DNA of 64,000 bases from contig JANOIV010000191.1 of the NCBI GenBank assembly GCA_031407875.1, forward strand, positions 6,419 to 70,418, written 5' to 3'. The translations under genes were made by a program, and so were the position numbers. The notes under the pieces were generated by a model. The model was not told the DNA's origin. It ran no database searches and was given only the letters and a program-made list of their open reading frames with translations. Shown one piece after another: positions 19,401 to 29,207 of the stretch (the first letter of the stretch is position 1; the number at the start of each line of letters is the position of its first letter). This DNA comes from Desulfobulbaceae bacterium. Its GTDB lineage: Bacteria; Desulfobacterota; Desulfobulbia; Desulfobulbales; Desulfocapsaceae.

Positions 19401-20021
19401 GCGCAACTTTCCAAGGTCTTTTTCAGTTATCTCCCAATCAATACCCAGAACAATCGCCTTCAGGTTAAACAGAATATTTTTTACCTCAGGAGAGCTGAAT
19501 ACATCGAACGCAGACACGGTGTCTTCAGCTCGCTCAACCGCAGGTGTATTCCGTTCCGTCTTCGCAGCCTTACCTATCTGTTGTTTGAGCTTTTCAAACT
19601 TTCTGACATCTTCGAGCAGTATCTGCTTTTTTTCTTCCTCGGGCATATCTTCAGAAGAGATGATCTTCTCGAGGTTATAATAAAATGTAAGCAGCAGTTT
19701 TATGGCATTGGGATTGGAATCAGCCTTTTCCTGGTAGATATATTTGCTGATTTTCTCCAAGGCCTGGACATAGACCAGGTAGATTTTCTCATCAGCCCAT
19801 ATATCCTTGAGATCTATAAGTTCTTCATTAAACTGACGGAGGATATCGTCAGTGATCTCCCAATCAATGGACAGAACAAGCGATTTGAGCCTGGCAATCG
19901 GTGATTCGTCATAACTGGGAAATTCAAACAGGTCGACATTATCCGTCTGGAAGGACTCGTTATACTCATCTGCAACAACAGTCAGATCATCGTCATATTG
20001 CTTTTCTGTATACTTTTCCAC
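16500..20021 (-). CDS. 1173-aa acidic protein with repeated helical domains
   Basis: Long ORF 12 nt downstream of mglA; two N-terminal LKxxVLxIDWEIT domains, D/E-rich low-complexity middle. Confidence 0.88.
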   Translation of the reverse strand: MEKYTEKQYDDDLTVVADEYNESFQTDNVDLFEFPSYDESPIARLKSLVLSIDWEITDDILRQFNEELIDLKDIWADEKIYLVYVQALEKISKYIYQEKADSNPNAIKLLLTFYYNLEKIISSEDMPEEEKKQILLEDVRKFEKLKQQIGKAAKTERNTPAVERAEDTVSAFDVFSSPEVKNILFNLKAIVLGIDWEITEKDLGKLRDEVIRLEEVFTGSRPKLIFLQGIGTLGAYIRLKKSNSHADAFKLLHSFFAGLEKIVATPLSLEEEKATLFPEVEKFNAFKAIIGSTISPEVTQGETDEDFIEYDDEDGEEGRIAPAFSDLPEGEARGFQEEEEAAALGFTSTFNVANQVDMFFSEELDLDQLHVDVVKTPSPVEREPRDEFRDAAEAQLDAIFQTDFSDGENPGAPHVDQAMALRGVDVETEADDDSDEDELPLEAGQLAPALAEIGEESRRDIQAFGIIEEQKSLAGDLENSLDDFFADEKGPVEEQTPYLSLSEDELEDFEKAPAEVIAAASLAGKLEALQGVNVETEDEEDSVEEALAYANGDLAPALSDEEPIAGSGWQTETALKDADELSFTLDEPIPALSGNLQDENRLAELPGADAESEVALEDHLDSFFALEEVEEEISVEDRDEVFDHGMPASELFAEPAGEIETEGLRLTEVQEEEQHQMVAGLEQALASHAEDQPASSLFEQEVLRAEIIAETEIVSFLATTIEPEQEEVVFELVEEDEDVFSSFGEEENLFAGETRDEEIVEETKDLTLSLEPESSSALQEDPPVVKTGEGDQLAVPAQEADSSTIQFVDSAQDTTEIGAEGDEAGAFLAEASFQEENEVEALAIFEEVDEEVAEDALPHSQLLDAGQLQADPVDLGPEDTLDAELLSVIADESEPPYDEGASFEEEFILPSVEDPLSNLYACVSSIGLALDDSIVQGLYKEIDALRSRAISQPLDKLFLLLLSTITQHIDQYRYESSSEAFSLLQSVMKSFADSLEAVNDLAAQEVLLVETTKVLLWQQRMLNRQAVAKGDQLTFADPVRFEPGESLDDEEISFIEDETENEFAAVFVDVADEDLGPEDEITFAKEQDPHPASAERKPDDEETAVDDLFFSDLEAELATERTEIVNDTPESAPFDQQFRSLIQGEFALIRQEWQNDLAALRNELKGNEEQNMV

Positions 20022-20033
20022 CGTGCCTTCTCT

Positions 20034-20639
20034 CTAGAGTAATTTTTTCTGTATTGAAACAACTGTGGAAGAAATGATTTTCTTTAGAGTTGCCGCAACA
20101 TTATATCCAGTAATAGCACTCGCCTCAAAATAGGGCACCTGCAATCTGCTGTTAAGGTCTTTTTGCAAGACAGTCGTTGGCAGGATAGCAATTCCGTGTT
20201 CTTTGAGATCCACCTTGTTGTACTGCATGACCAAGGGAATCTTAAAAATGCTCTCTTTGTAGGATTGAAGATTCTCATGAAGCTGATTCAGGGAACGGAT
20301 ATTCTTCTCTCTCTGTTTTTCCATGGCATCTGCGACAAATACTATCCCATCTACACCTCGCAGAACGAGCTTTCGAGTGGCATTATATTTTACCTGACCA
20401 GGAACGGTGTAGAGTTGAATCTTGATATCGTAGCCCTTGATCTGCCCCATATCGAAGGGTAGAAAATCAAAGAACAGTGTTCGGTCACCATGCGTCTTAA
20501 GACTGACCATCTCGGATAAAATCTGCTTACGGTATGTACGATTGATGTACTCAAGATTAGTTGTCTTCCCGCACCTGCCAGGGCCGTAATAGACAATTTT
20601 AACCTGAACGACCTTATCTTTCAGATTGATAAAGCTCAA
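20034..20639 (-). CDS. mglA: MglA-family small GTPase
   Basis: KIVYYGPGRCGKTTN, DRTLFFDFLP, YTVPGQ, NKVD. Confidence 0.93.
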   Translation of the reverse strand: MSFINLKDKVVQVKIVYYGPGRCGKTTNLEYINRTYRKQILSEMVSLKTHGDRTLFFDFLPFDMGQIKGYDIKIQLYTVPGQVKYNATRKLVLRGVDGIVFVADAMEKQREKNIRSLNQLHENLQSYKESIFKIPLVMQYNKVDLKEHGIAILPTTVLQKDLNSRLQVPYFEASAITGYNVAATLKKIISSTVVSIQKKLL

Positions 20640-20712
20640 GGCTCCCTCCCCCAGTTGTAACTCTACTCATTGGTATCAGCTCAACGCCTGTTGCGGCCAT
20701 ATGTTCATGTGA

Positions 20713-21111
20713 CTATTTCTTGTCCCAGACCTTTCGGATCTTCTCAACGACATCGACAACGTTGAGTCGCAAAAAGCCAAGGGAAATATCCTTGCCGAAC
20801 ATGGAAATCAGGAGCAATTCATCGTCAATTTTGCTGAAATGAATATTTGACTCCTGGCCCTTATGAAAAAGCAGGGAAAACTCCTGCTCACCAACAAGTT
20901 TTGCCATCGCATCAACGGTGGCGAAATTACCGGCAGCCAAGGCAGCAAAGGAATACACATCATATTTGCTTGTACCATTATCTCTTGCTGTAATGATATT
21001 TCCCGCCATGTCTATTATTATGACGCAGTCGACACCAAGTTTTATCAACTTATCTGACAAAATTGCATCTATCTGCTCAAGTTGTTCCTGACTGACAATC
21101 CCATAATTCAT
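20713..21111 (-). CDS. mglB: MglB roadblock/LC7 protein
   Basis: AALAAGNFAT..MAKLVGE.EFSLLFHKG, SLGFLRL; adjacent to mglA. Confidence 0.9.
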   Translation of the reverse strand: MNYGIVSQEQLEQIDAILSDKLIKLGVDCVIIIDMAGNIITARDNGTSKYDVYSFAALAAGNFATVDAMAKLVGEQEFSLLFHKGQESNIHFSKIDDELLLISMFGKDISLGFLRLNVVDVVEKIRKVWDKK

Positions 21112-21712
21112 GCCATTTTCCTCTTCGTGGTTGGGCCGCTGAAGCCGGGTTATTTCACACTACCTGATATTTTGGGACCACTTCTCATTTTGATTGCAAT
21201 GAATGCGCCTCCGGCTCACACCCCATTTACTTGTGAGGCGGCAGAACAATGCGGCAATAAAGAAAAGAAAAGGCCGTCTTTTGAGAACTCCTCACATTCC
21301 AATCATGAACATATACTCAACATTGTTTCGTATTTTAGGAGGTAACACACTCCTTTTAGCTGTAATCACTATACGATAGTTTCTTGACTATATGAAGAAA
21401 ATTTTTACTTTTTCTTAAAAAGCAGAGCCATTCAGCGATTAACATGTTGTTTTTTCATTTTTATCTTATAACATTTTAATATCATTATCATATTTATTTT
21501 CATTTCGGTGTCGCCTAGCTTTCTTTTCTAAAAATCCCGTAACAATCTGTTCTTTTTGGGCGTCTGTCATTCGCTCTTTCCTCATCGTTGCAATTGAACA
21601 CGCCGAAAAGCGCTGTCATAAAGCATAAAGAGCCTCACCAAGTTTTTCCCCAACTCTTTCCTCATTGCGCCCTATTATAATATCTGCTAAGAAAGGGCTG
21701 GAGGAATTTTCA

Positions 21713-22555
21713 GTGAAAGATCTAAAAACTAACACATTTGTTCTACAGGAAGGTACTCAGCTCATTGACACACATTGCCATCTCGATATGGATGCCTTTA
21801 GTAATGACCTTGAAGCAGTCCTTGGTCGAGCTGAACAACATAGAATCGAATCCATAATAACTGTAGGTACAGACCTGGCGAGCTCACAAAAGGCCATTGA
21901 ACTTGCCCAACAACACCCTTGTATCATAGCATCAGCTGGGATACATCCCCACGATGTTCATTCAGCGACGGATTCAACGTACACTAGCCTCATGGAACTC
22001 ATCGAGACCCATCGCGACCAGGTTGTCGGTTACGGCGAAATAGGGCTCGACTATATAAAAACCCGCTCCGAACCCAGCCTGCAACGCCAACATTTCCGCC
22101 TGCAGCTTGAGATGGCCAAGGACCTTCAACTCCCCATTATTATCCACGACAGAGAAGCACATGAAGATACACTTCGCATTTTACAGGAATGCGGACCTTT
22201 TTCACATGGTGGCGTGATGCACTGCTTTTCAGGTGACTCTGCATTTGCCGAAAGAATCATGGCCCTCGGATTTTATATCTCCATAGCCGGCGTCGTCACC
22301 TTTAAAAACGCCGTTGGCTTGCAGGAAGTAGCACGTAAGATCCCACTTTCATCGCTTCTGCTTGAGACAGATGGCCCATTCCTTGCTCCACACCCTTGGA
22401 GAGGCAAGCGAAATGAGCCCTCTTTCGTTCTCCATACAGCAGCTTTCATCGCCAAACTCCGCGACATCCCTCTTGTTCAACTCGCACAGGCCACAACGGC
22501 AAATGCGGTTTCTCTCTTTCACCTCAACACCTCACCGTCACCTCTCCACTCATGA
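21713..22555 (+). CDS. tatD: TatD family hydrolase
   Basis: IDTHCHL, GIHPH, GEIGLDY, IHDRE, HCFSG, LETD. Confidence 0.95.
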   Translation: MKDLKTNTFVLQEGTQLIDTHCHLDMDAFSNDLEAVLGRAEQHRIESIITVGTDLASSQKAIELAQQHPCIIASAGIHPHDVHSATDSTYTSLMELIETHRDQVVGYGEIGLDYIKTRSEPSLQRQHFRLQLEMAKDLQLPIIIHDREAHEDTLRILQECGPFSHGGVMHCFSGDSAFAERIMALGFYISIAGVVTFKNAVGLQEVARKIPLSSLLLETDGPFLAPHPWRGKRNEPSFVLHTAAFIAKLRDIPLVQLAQATTANAVSLFHLNTSPSPLHS

Positions 22556-23238
22556 TCAAGCAGAACCTCCAAGATATACAGAACAGAATCAACCACCGCG
22601 CCCTTTTGGGCAATAGAAATCCCGATGAGATTCAACTGATAGCCGTCTCCAAAAAACTATCGGTGGCTGCAATTGAAGAAGCTGTCCAATCCGGTCAGTT
22701 CTATTTTGGCGAGAATTACATCCAGGAGGCTGTTCAGAAAAAAAATGAGCTGGGCGAGAGGGTAGGCTTGCACATGCTGGGCCATCTGCAAAGTAATAAA
22801 GCAAAAATAGCCGCCCAGATTTTTTATATGATTCAGACAGTCGACAGCATAAAACTTGCCTCTGCCCTCAACAGACACCTTGATTCGCTAGACAGGACAA
22901 TGAAGATCCTCGTCCAGGTCAATATTGGCAATGATCCGAATAAATCTGGTGTGCTGCCGGAGAAAATCGAGGAGTTATTGCAACAAATCAAGTTACTCGA
23001 TAACATTGAGACACTCGGTCTCATGACCATCCCCCCCATCACTTCAAGCCCTGAAGAGGCCAGGCCTCACTTCAGAGCGCTTCGCGTTCTGGCCGGATAC
23101 CTCTCTCAAAAGCAGCTCTTCCATAACAACGAAAAGATAGTACTCTCTATGGGGATGTCTGATGATTTTGAAATTGCAATCGAAGAAGGTGCCACCATGG
23201 TTCGTATCGGAACCGCCATATTCGGTCAGCGCTCTTAA
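22552..23238 (+). CDS. yggS: PLP homeostasis protein
   Basis: [38 protein letters not shown]. Confidence 0.96.
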   Translation: MIKQNLQDIQNRINHRALLGNRNPDEIQLIAVSKKLSVAAIEEAVQSGQFYFGENYIQEAVQKKNELGERVGLHMLGHLQSNKAKIAAQIFYMIQTVDSIKLASALNRHLDSLDRTMKILVQVNIGNDPNKSGVLPEKIEELLQQIKLLDNIETLGLMTIPPITSSPEEARPHFRALRVLAGYLSQKQLFHNNEKIVLSMGMSDDFEIAIEEGATMVRIGTAIFGQRS

Positions 23239-23285
23239 ATCACAACACCCAACCGAAACACACAGCTATAGAAGGAAAAACATTA

Positions 23286-24596
23286 ATGAAAATCACAATA
23301 ATAGGAACAGGATATGTCGGTCTTGTCACAGGAACATGCTTTGCCGAATTCGGCCATCATGTTATATGTGTTGACAAGGATCAAAGCAAAATCAAGACCC
23401 TCCAGGCCGGACAAATACCTATCTACGAGCCGGGTCTCGACACCCTTGTCCAGAAAAATTCACGTGAGGGCCGCCTATCCTTTACCACCCAGCTCTCTGA
23501 GGCGGTAGCCCAGGCTGATGCTGTTTTTATGGCCGTGGGAACCCCGAGCAGCCGACGCGGGGATGGTTATGCCGATCTCACCTATATCTATGAAGCGTGC
23601 CGGGAAATTGCGCCACACCTCAAAGGGTATACGGTCATTGTCGACAAAAGTACAGTTCCTGTCGGAACAGCCCGTCAGGTCGCAAGGATAATAGGAGAAG
23701 TTAACCCAGGAGCGCTCTTTGACATCGCCTCAAATCCTGAGTTTCTGCGAGAAGGAGCAGCAATCACTGATTTCATGCGACCGGATAGGGTGGTAATCGG
23801 TGTAGATTCAGCACGGGCAGAAGAAGTGTTGAGGGAGATCTACAAACCGCTCTTCCTGCAAGAGACGCCTATCGTCAAAACTGACATTGAGACAGCAGAA
23901 TTAACCAAATACGCAGCAAATGCCTTCCTGGCTGCAAAAATCAGCTTTATCAACGAAATAGCCCTCCTCTGTGACACATTGGGCGCCGACGTTGTCGCCC
24001 TGGCTAAAGGAATTGGCATGGATGGACGTATCGGCAAGAAATATCTTCATCCAGGCCCCGGTTACGGTGGCTCCTGCTTTCCGAAAGACACCCTGGCCCT
24101 GATGAGAATTGCTCAGGAGCATGGCCAGAATCTCAGGATCGTCGAGGCAGCAGTCGAAGTAAACGCAGCCCAGAAGGCCAAAATGGTCAAGAAGATACGG
24201 GATATCCTGGGAGGCTCAGAGGCGGGCAAGACTATTGCAATACTCGGGCTGACCTTCAAGCCGGAAACCGATGATATGCGGGACGCTCCAGCTATCACCA
24301 TTCTTCCGGCCCTTCTCGAAAAAGGTGCCAAAATCAAAGCCCATGACCCGCAGGGAATGTCCGAGGCTCAAAAGTACCTCCCGAAGGGCATCGACTATGC
24401 CAAAGATGCATATGACGCCTGCAGCGGCGCTGATGCAGTGGTGCTGATGACCGAGTGGAATCAATACCGGGCTTTGGACCTCGGCAGACTCGCCCAAAAC
24501 ATGCGGGGAAACATTTTTATCGACCTGCGAAATGTCTATGAGCCGGAGAGGATGAAAGAGAAAGGGTTCCAGTATGTTGGCGTAGGTAGATCATAA
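23286..24596 (+). CDS. ugd: UDP-glucose 6-dehydrogenase
   Basis: GTGYVG, KSTVPVGT, SNPEFLREG, GYGGSCFPKD. Confidence 0.95.
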   Translation: MKITIIGTGYVGLVTGTCFAEFGHHVICVDKDQSKIKTLQAGQIPIYEPGLDTLVQKNSREGRLSFTTQLSEAVAQADAVFMAVGTPSSRRGDGYADLTYIYEACREIAPHLKGYTVIVDKSTVPVGTARQVARIIGEVNPGALFDIASNPEFLREGAAITDFMRPDRVVIGVDSARAEEVLREIYKPLFLQETPIVKTDIETAELTKYAANAFLAAKISFINEIALLCDTLGADVVALAKGIGMDGRIGKKYLHPGPGYGGSCFPKDTLALMRIAQEHGQNLRIVEAAVEVNAAQKAKMVKKIRDILGGSEAGKTIAILGLTFKPETDDMRDAPAITILPALLEKGAKIKAHDPQGMSEAQKYLPKGIDYAKDAYDACSGADAVVLMTEWNQYRALDLGRLAQNMRGNIFIDLRNVYEPERMKEKGFQYVGVGRS

Positions 24597-24604
24597 GATC
24601 AGAC

Positions 24605-24646
24605 AAAAAAAGGCACTTGCTTTATTGAAATTTGCAAGTGCCTTTG
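24605..24646. terminator. terminator between convergent genes
   Basis: AAAGGCACTTGC / GCAAGTGCCTTT stem with an A7 flank. Confidence 0.8.
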
Positions 24647-24673
24647 CCCGTCAATTGCGGTTTTACTGCAACC

Positions 24674-24922
24674 TCATTTTTTAGACTTAGACGCCCGCTT
24701 GGCAGCCTTCAATGGATTGACACGGATCTTGGCAACAGCTATCTCCGGTTTTGCATGTGTTGCAAAATTACAGATACCAAGACGCCATTTTGCAGAAGGG
24801 TTCAGGTAGCTCTGACAATATTTTGCTCCCGCCTCCTCAACAATTCTCTCACAGCCTTCACATTTTTCTACTACAGGCTTATACCTGCCGTCACTATAAT
24901 TTACTGCAGTGTTTTTCTGCAT
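24674..24922 (-). CDS. PxxKW family cysteine-rich protein
   Basis: CEGC..C..PSAKW..GICNFATH, VNPLKAAKR; GGAGG RBS. Confidence 0.88.
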   Translation of the reverse strand: MQKNTAVNYSDGRYKPVVEKCEGCERIVEEAGAKYCQSYLNPSAKWRLGICNFATHAKPEIAVAKIRVNPLKAAKRASKSKK

Positions 24923-25335
24923 ACTATCCTCCGGATTCTTCAGACATCTTAGTCTCACTGCCGTGTATTTGGCAGGAGGGGAAACATCACATCACTCATA
25001 ACAAATGAGACTGTCAGATTAATTTATCATTAGAACCAGACATTATAACAATATCTAGCACACGAGACAAGAAAAATACGTGCCAACTTCTGTAAATTGC
25101 CAACTGAGAGAGTAAAAGAAAGGCGTAGGATAATCTTGAGCATATCCTTCCCCCAAGAGGCTAACTAACCGCAATTTGATAAGAGTTCGAAACATCCCTG
25201 ATTAAAAAAAGGATTGTTTTCCATGCCCTATCCTTGTATTTTGCAACAGGCTGATATACAATGAATTTTGTTTCAGGTGCAGATGAAACCTTTTTCTCAA
25301 ACAAACCTGTTGCCCGATACCCATAGGAGGCGCAA

Positions 25336-26541
25336 ATGCCTGTTTATATTTGGAAAGGAAAGAACTCTCAGGGTGAAAAACGTAAAGGTGAGATTGAAGC
25401 GCCTGACCAGACAGCGGTTCTCGCACAACTAAAACGTCTAAGGATCGCCGATCCAGTCATTAAAGAAAAACCGAAAGACCTTTTTGGAAATGTGGCTTTT
25501 TTCAAGCCTAAGGTTACAGGTAAAGACGTTGTTATTTTCACCCGACAGCTTTCAACCATGATCGATGCAGGCCTGCCACTCGTCCAAGGTCTTGAAATTT
25601 TGGAAAAACAGCAGGAAAATCCGACATTCAGAAAAGTCTTGGCCACTATCCGTTCTGACGTTGAGGCCGGATCAACCCTCGCCGATTCGATGAGAAAGCA
25701 CCCGAAGGCGTTTGATAATCTATTCAGCAATATGATCGAGGCCGGAGAGACAGGCGGTATTCTCGACACCATCCTCTCGCGCCTTGCCGCCTTCATTGAA
25801 AAATCCATGGCCTTGAAAAAGAAAATCAAGGGAGCCATGACCTATCCCACGATTTGTCTGGCCATATCCATCCTCATTCTCGGCGTTATTCTTATCTTTG
25901 TCGTCCCGGTTTTTGACAAAATGTTTAAAGATTTTGGATCTACACTACCTCTTCCCACCCAGATTGTTGTCAACATGAGCAATTTCATCAAGTCAAATTT
26001 TCTCTTTGTCATCATTGGCTTGTTCGTTTTCAGTATGATCTTTAAAAAAATTATTGCGACCCCAAAGGGCAGACTAGCTTTTGATCGCTTTCTACTTAAA
26101 GCTCCAGTAATAGGAATTCTTTTAAGAAAGGTCGCGGTAGCCAAGTTCACCCGAACCCTCAGCACAATGCTCCATAGCGGAGTTCCCATCCTCGAGGCTC
26201 TACAGGTCGTCGCCAAAACTTCCGGAAACAAAGTCATTGAGAATGCTGTGTATCGAGTTGCCACTTCAATTGCCGAGGGCCGGCCCATTGCTGAGCCTCT
26301 CGAAGAAAGTGGTGTGTTTCCAAATATGGTTGTCCAAATGATCAACGTCGGTGAATCCGTCGGTGCGCTTGATACCATGTTAGAAAAAATTGCCGATTTC
26401 TACGACGAAGAAGTAGATCAGGCAGTGGAAAACCTGACTGCAATGATAGAGCCGTTTATGATGGTTTTTCTGGGAGGAATGATTGGCGGCATTGTCGTTG
26501 CCATGTATCTGCCCATCTTCAAAATCGCTAGTGTTGTGTGA
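25336..26541 (+). CDS. pilC: type IV pilus platform protein (GspF family)
   Basis: FTRQLSTMIDAGLPL, AGETGG.L, VGESVGALDTML. Confidence 0.93.
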   Translation: MPVYIWKGKNSQGEKRKGEIEAPDQTAVLAQLKRLRIADPVIKEKPKDLFGNVAFFKPKVTGKDVVIFTRQLSTMIDAGLPLVQGLEILEKQQENPTFRKVLATIRSDVEAGSTLADSMRKHPKAFDNLFSNMIEAGETGGILDTILSRLAAFIEKSMALKKKIKGAMTYPTICLAISILILGVILIFVVPVFDKMFKDFGSTLPLPTQIVVNMSNFIKSNFLFVIIGLFVFSMIFKKIIATPKGRLAFDRFLLKAPVIGILLRKVAVAKFTRTLSTMLHSGVPILEALQVVAKTSGNKVIENAVYRVATSIAEGRPIAEPLEESGVFPNMVVQMINVGESVGALDTMLEKIADFYDEEVDQAVENLTAMIEPFMMVFLGGMIGGIVVAMYLPIFKIASVV

Positions 26542-26720
26542 TTTTCTTGTTTTTTTTTGTAACTATTCAGCGCCTGCCATGAAGGATGGCCACTTTCCTT
26601 GGAATGGCAAGTGTAAAGCCTCAGATGCAGTAATGCCTTGTTTTCTACAGGTCAACAATTAGCTGCGTATGCGGCAGAATTTTTTGGCGCCGTCCATTGA
26701 TTTGAAACAACCCGACACTT

Positions 26721-26913
26721 TGGTGTGGTCAAGTACAAATGGACAGATTGCTAAGCGGCCTCAGTTATCTGATACCCTTGTTCCGTGACCAGCTTGACTG
26801 CGGAACTCCTGAATTCCTCTGTGTATTTCTTTCTCTTTTTTGTCATTGAACACCTCCTCGTGGGGATCTAATTCACTCTTAAGAAAGTGTCCATTTTTTA
26901 TCATGCCACCTCA
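26721..26913 (-). mobile_element. internally deleted IS3-family element (193 bp)
   Basis: TG..CA ends with imperfect IRs sharing GTGG..AAATGGACA; AGGAGGTG RBS and OrfA start MTKKRKKYTEEFRSSAVKLVTEQGYQITEAA* running almost directly into the other IR. Confidence 0.8.
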
Positions 26914-27213
26914 GTTTTTCCACGTTGGCGACGATGGGCTGGTGGGAGTCTTGAAGCCTTTTCAATTCCGCCTCCTGGAAGTCCTTGCCGGTTTCGAGCA
27001 CGACATTGCGCATGACCGGGGCTACGATATTGGCATTACCGATGGTTTGATTAGCTGATTCCATCTTGGGAAGCTGGTCGTCCGTGAGTATCGTTATCTC
27101 ACTGTTGAGCGTATTGATTTTCATCATGGAAAAGCCGACAACGACCAACAGCAGAAGCATTATGGCGCCATCTCCCAGACCCAGCCGTGCCCGATCTTGA
27201 CATTCTTCAACAT
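26914..27213 (-). pseudogene. methyl-accepting chemotaxis protein N-terminal fragment
   Basis: MLKNVKIG / ARLGLG in different frames, TM helix, four-helix sensor-like LPKMESAN..MRNVVL; ends at the IS3 remnant. Confidence 0.7.
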
Positions 27214-27384
27214 TCTCGCCCCTCATCTCCAAATGCTACTGCTTTAAAAGAAATCCCGCTTACCATAGAGTCAACTGAGTATCACCCGGCTGGGGTCGAT
27301 CATCGTCAATGGGATAAAAGCAAGGCAGCGTTGGGGAAAAACTGCATAAATTCAACAGGTACACTCCCCCGGGATATCGGTCTG

Positions 27385-28587
27385 TCAGCCTGCGGAAGCG
27401 AGGCCCCGGGAATTCATGTCAGGCCAGCTACACCCTTCTCTGCTGCACATCCGGCCTGTATAACTGGCCTCGGGCCTATAGAGCGCCGGTTTGGGCTGAG
27501 CCTCGGCGAAATGCTCTTCGAGAAAATGGGCACACCAGCCCGAGACTCTCGACACCGCAAAGAAGACCGGGAACATATCAATCGGAAAACCCTGGCCGTA
27601 GAGCACCGGCGAGGAGAAAAAATCAACATTGGGAAAGAGTACAAGGTTCTTTTTTTCGAGAAGTTTGGCCCGGCCATGCTTTTCAACAGCCAGGCAGAGT
27701 TCAAACCACCGCCTGTCTTCCGGCCGCTGGAGAACCCTGTCCGCCACAGAGCGCAGGATGCCCGCCCGCGGATCCTCGGTCTTATAGACGGCATGTCCGA
27801 GGCCCATAATCCGCTGACCGGAATCGATCCGCTCCGATATCCACGGCTCGACCCTGTCGATCTCCCCGATATCGAGGAGCATCTGCATCACCTTGGCATT
27901 GGCCCCACCATGAAGATCACCGCTCAGTGCCCCGACTCCGGCACTGACCGAGGCATACAGATTCGCCCTGGTGGAGGCAACCTCGCGCACGGCAAAAGTC
28001 GAAGCGTTAAAGGTATGATCGGCGTGCAGCACAAGGAGCAGATCCATCAGTCTCGTCTCTTCCGAAGTCGGCACCCTCCCCCACATGCCGTGCAGAAAGG
28101 CCGCAGCATGGCTGCTGTCATCGAGATCCCGGACCGGCTCCGCCCCTGTCCGTATCCTCTGCCAGGCTGCGGCCACGGAGGCAAGTTGGGCAATGAGGCG
28201 CAGACAGGATCTGCCGACCGCCTCCCGGCTGTCCGTCTGCAGTTCCGGATCGAACTGCGCCAGGGCTGCGGTCATCGACTGCATGACATCCATAGGCGCC
28301 GCACTTGGCCTGAAATGATTAAGGATCTCGAGAACCTCTGCAGGCAGCTGTCTGTACTGCCGCAGGTCGTTCTGGACCTTTTCCACACGTTCGCGGGTCG
28401 GGGCATGGCCATAAAGAAGAAGACAGATAACCTCCTCAAACGAGGCCTGCTCGGCAAGTTGTCCGATAGGATAGCCACGGTAGAAGAGTTTGCCGTTCTC
28501 GCCATCGACCATGCTGATACGGGTATCTGCTATGGTAATGCCACGCAGTCCGATATTTTTGGTCTCTTCTGATTTCATGATTTTCAC
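27385..28587 (-). CDS. second citrate/2-methylcitrate synthase family protein
   Basis: GLRGI, LHADHTFNASTF, LHGGAN, MGLGHAVYK, FPNVDFFS. Confidence 0.92.
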   Translation of the reverse strand: MKIMKSEETKNIGLRGITIADTRISMVDGENGKLFYRGYPIGQLAEQASFEEVICLLLYGHAPTRERVEKVQNDLRQYRQLPAEVLEILNHFRPSAAPMDVMQSMTAALAQFDPELQTDSREAVGRSCLRLIAQLASVAAAWQRIRTGAEPVRDLDDSSHAAAFLHGMWGRVPTSEETRLMDLLLVLHADHTFNASTFAVREVASTRANLYASVSAGVGALSGDLHGGANAKVMQMLLDIGEIDRVEPWISERIDSGQRIMGLGHAVYKTEDPRAGILRSVADRVLQRPEDRRWFELCLAVEKHGRAKLLEKKNLVLFPNVDFFSSPVLYGQGFPIDMFPVFFAVSRVSGWCAHFLEEHFAEAQPKPALYRPEASYTGRMCSREGCSWPDMNSRGLASAG

Positions 28588-29207
28588 CTCTGGAGATATA
28601 TGGTTGTATTACTCATTATTTCGAGCCAAAACAGGCTTTCTCCTGCCTAAAAAAGGCAGCACTGCAGGCAAAAGGGCCACTTGCCCCTCAGCCTTCAACA
28701 GCAGCTGTGCTTTACGGGAAGACCGGCAATCCTGAAAGCCTGATGGATGCCGACAGGGAAAAGGTTATGGAAGTATTTAATGGTCCCTTTCTCCGATCCA
28801 AGGGATTTGGCCAAAGCCCCCGTGATCATTCTGATCACGGGGTGCACCTTGTTCTCTTCATAAAAGCTGTTTTCATGGATTCGATCCTCAGATTTCCTCA
28901 TTTTTCGAGATAATCATTACTATAAACACCAACCTTGCAGACTGTTGGAGCTCAACCGGCAGATATCACACCCCTGAGTTCATACTATCAAATAATTATC
29001 TCTGCGTGAATGGATTATAAGAATAATTCTCCTTAGCCGCTCTGCCTTTTCAAAGACCTATCCTCCTTGCCTTCGCGGTTGTTTTATGTTCATATCGCTG
29101 TCAATGATGACCGATCTGCTTAAAAAATCCCTGACGGCAAGGGCAGCCAAACTTTTTTTGATAATCTGAAAATTGGGGAGTGTGCCTATTTATTACGGGA
29201 ACAGACT

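Noticed and set aside
20022-20036. mglA TAG is in frame with the giant protein (possible readthrough fusion)
   Set aside because: One-in-three chance; MglA is complete at the stop, a purine-rich RBS precedes the GTG, and no recoding signal is seen
25072-25088. sigma54-like TTGGCACG upstream of the PxxKW gene (minus strand)
   Set aside because: The -12 element reads TTTCT rather than TTGC
27187-28572. 461-aa plus-strand ORF
   Set aside because: Antisense shadow of the citrate synthase gene; no recognisable motifs
28695-28913. Overlapping 68-aa ORFs on both strands
   Set aside because: No motifs or clear RBS; cannot support either
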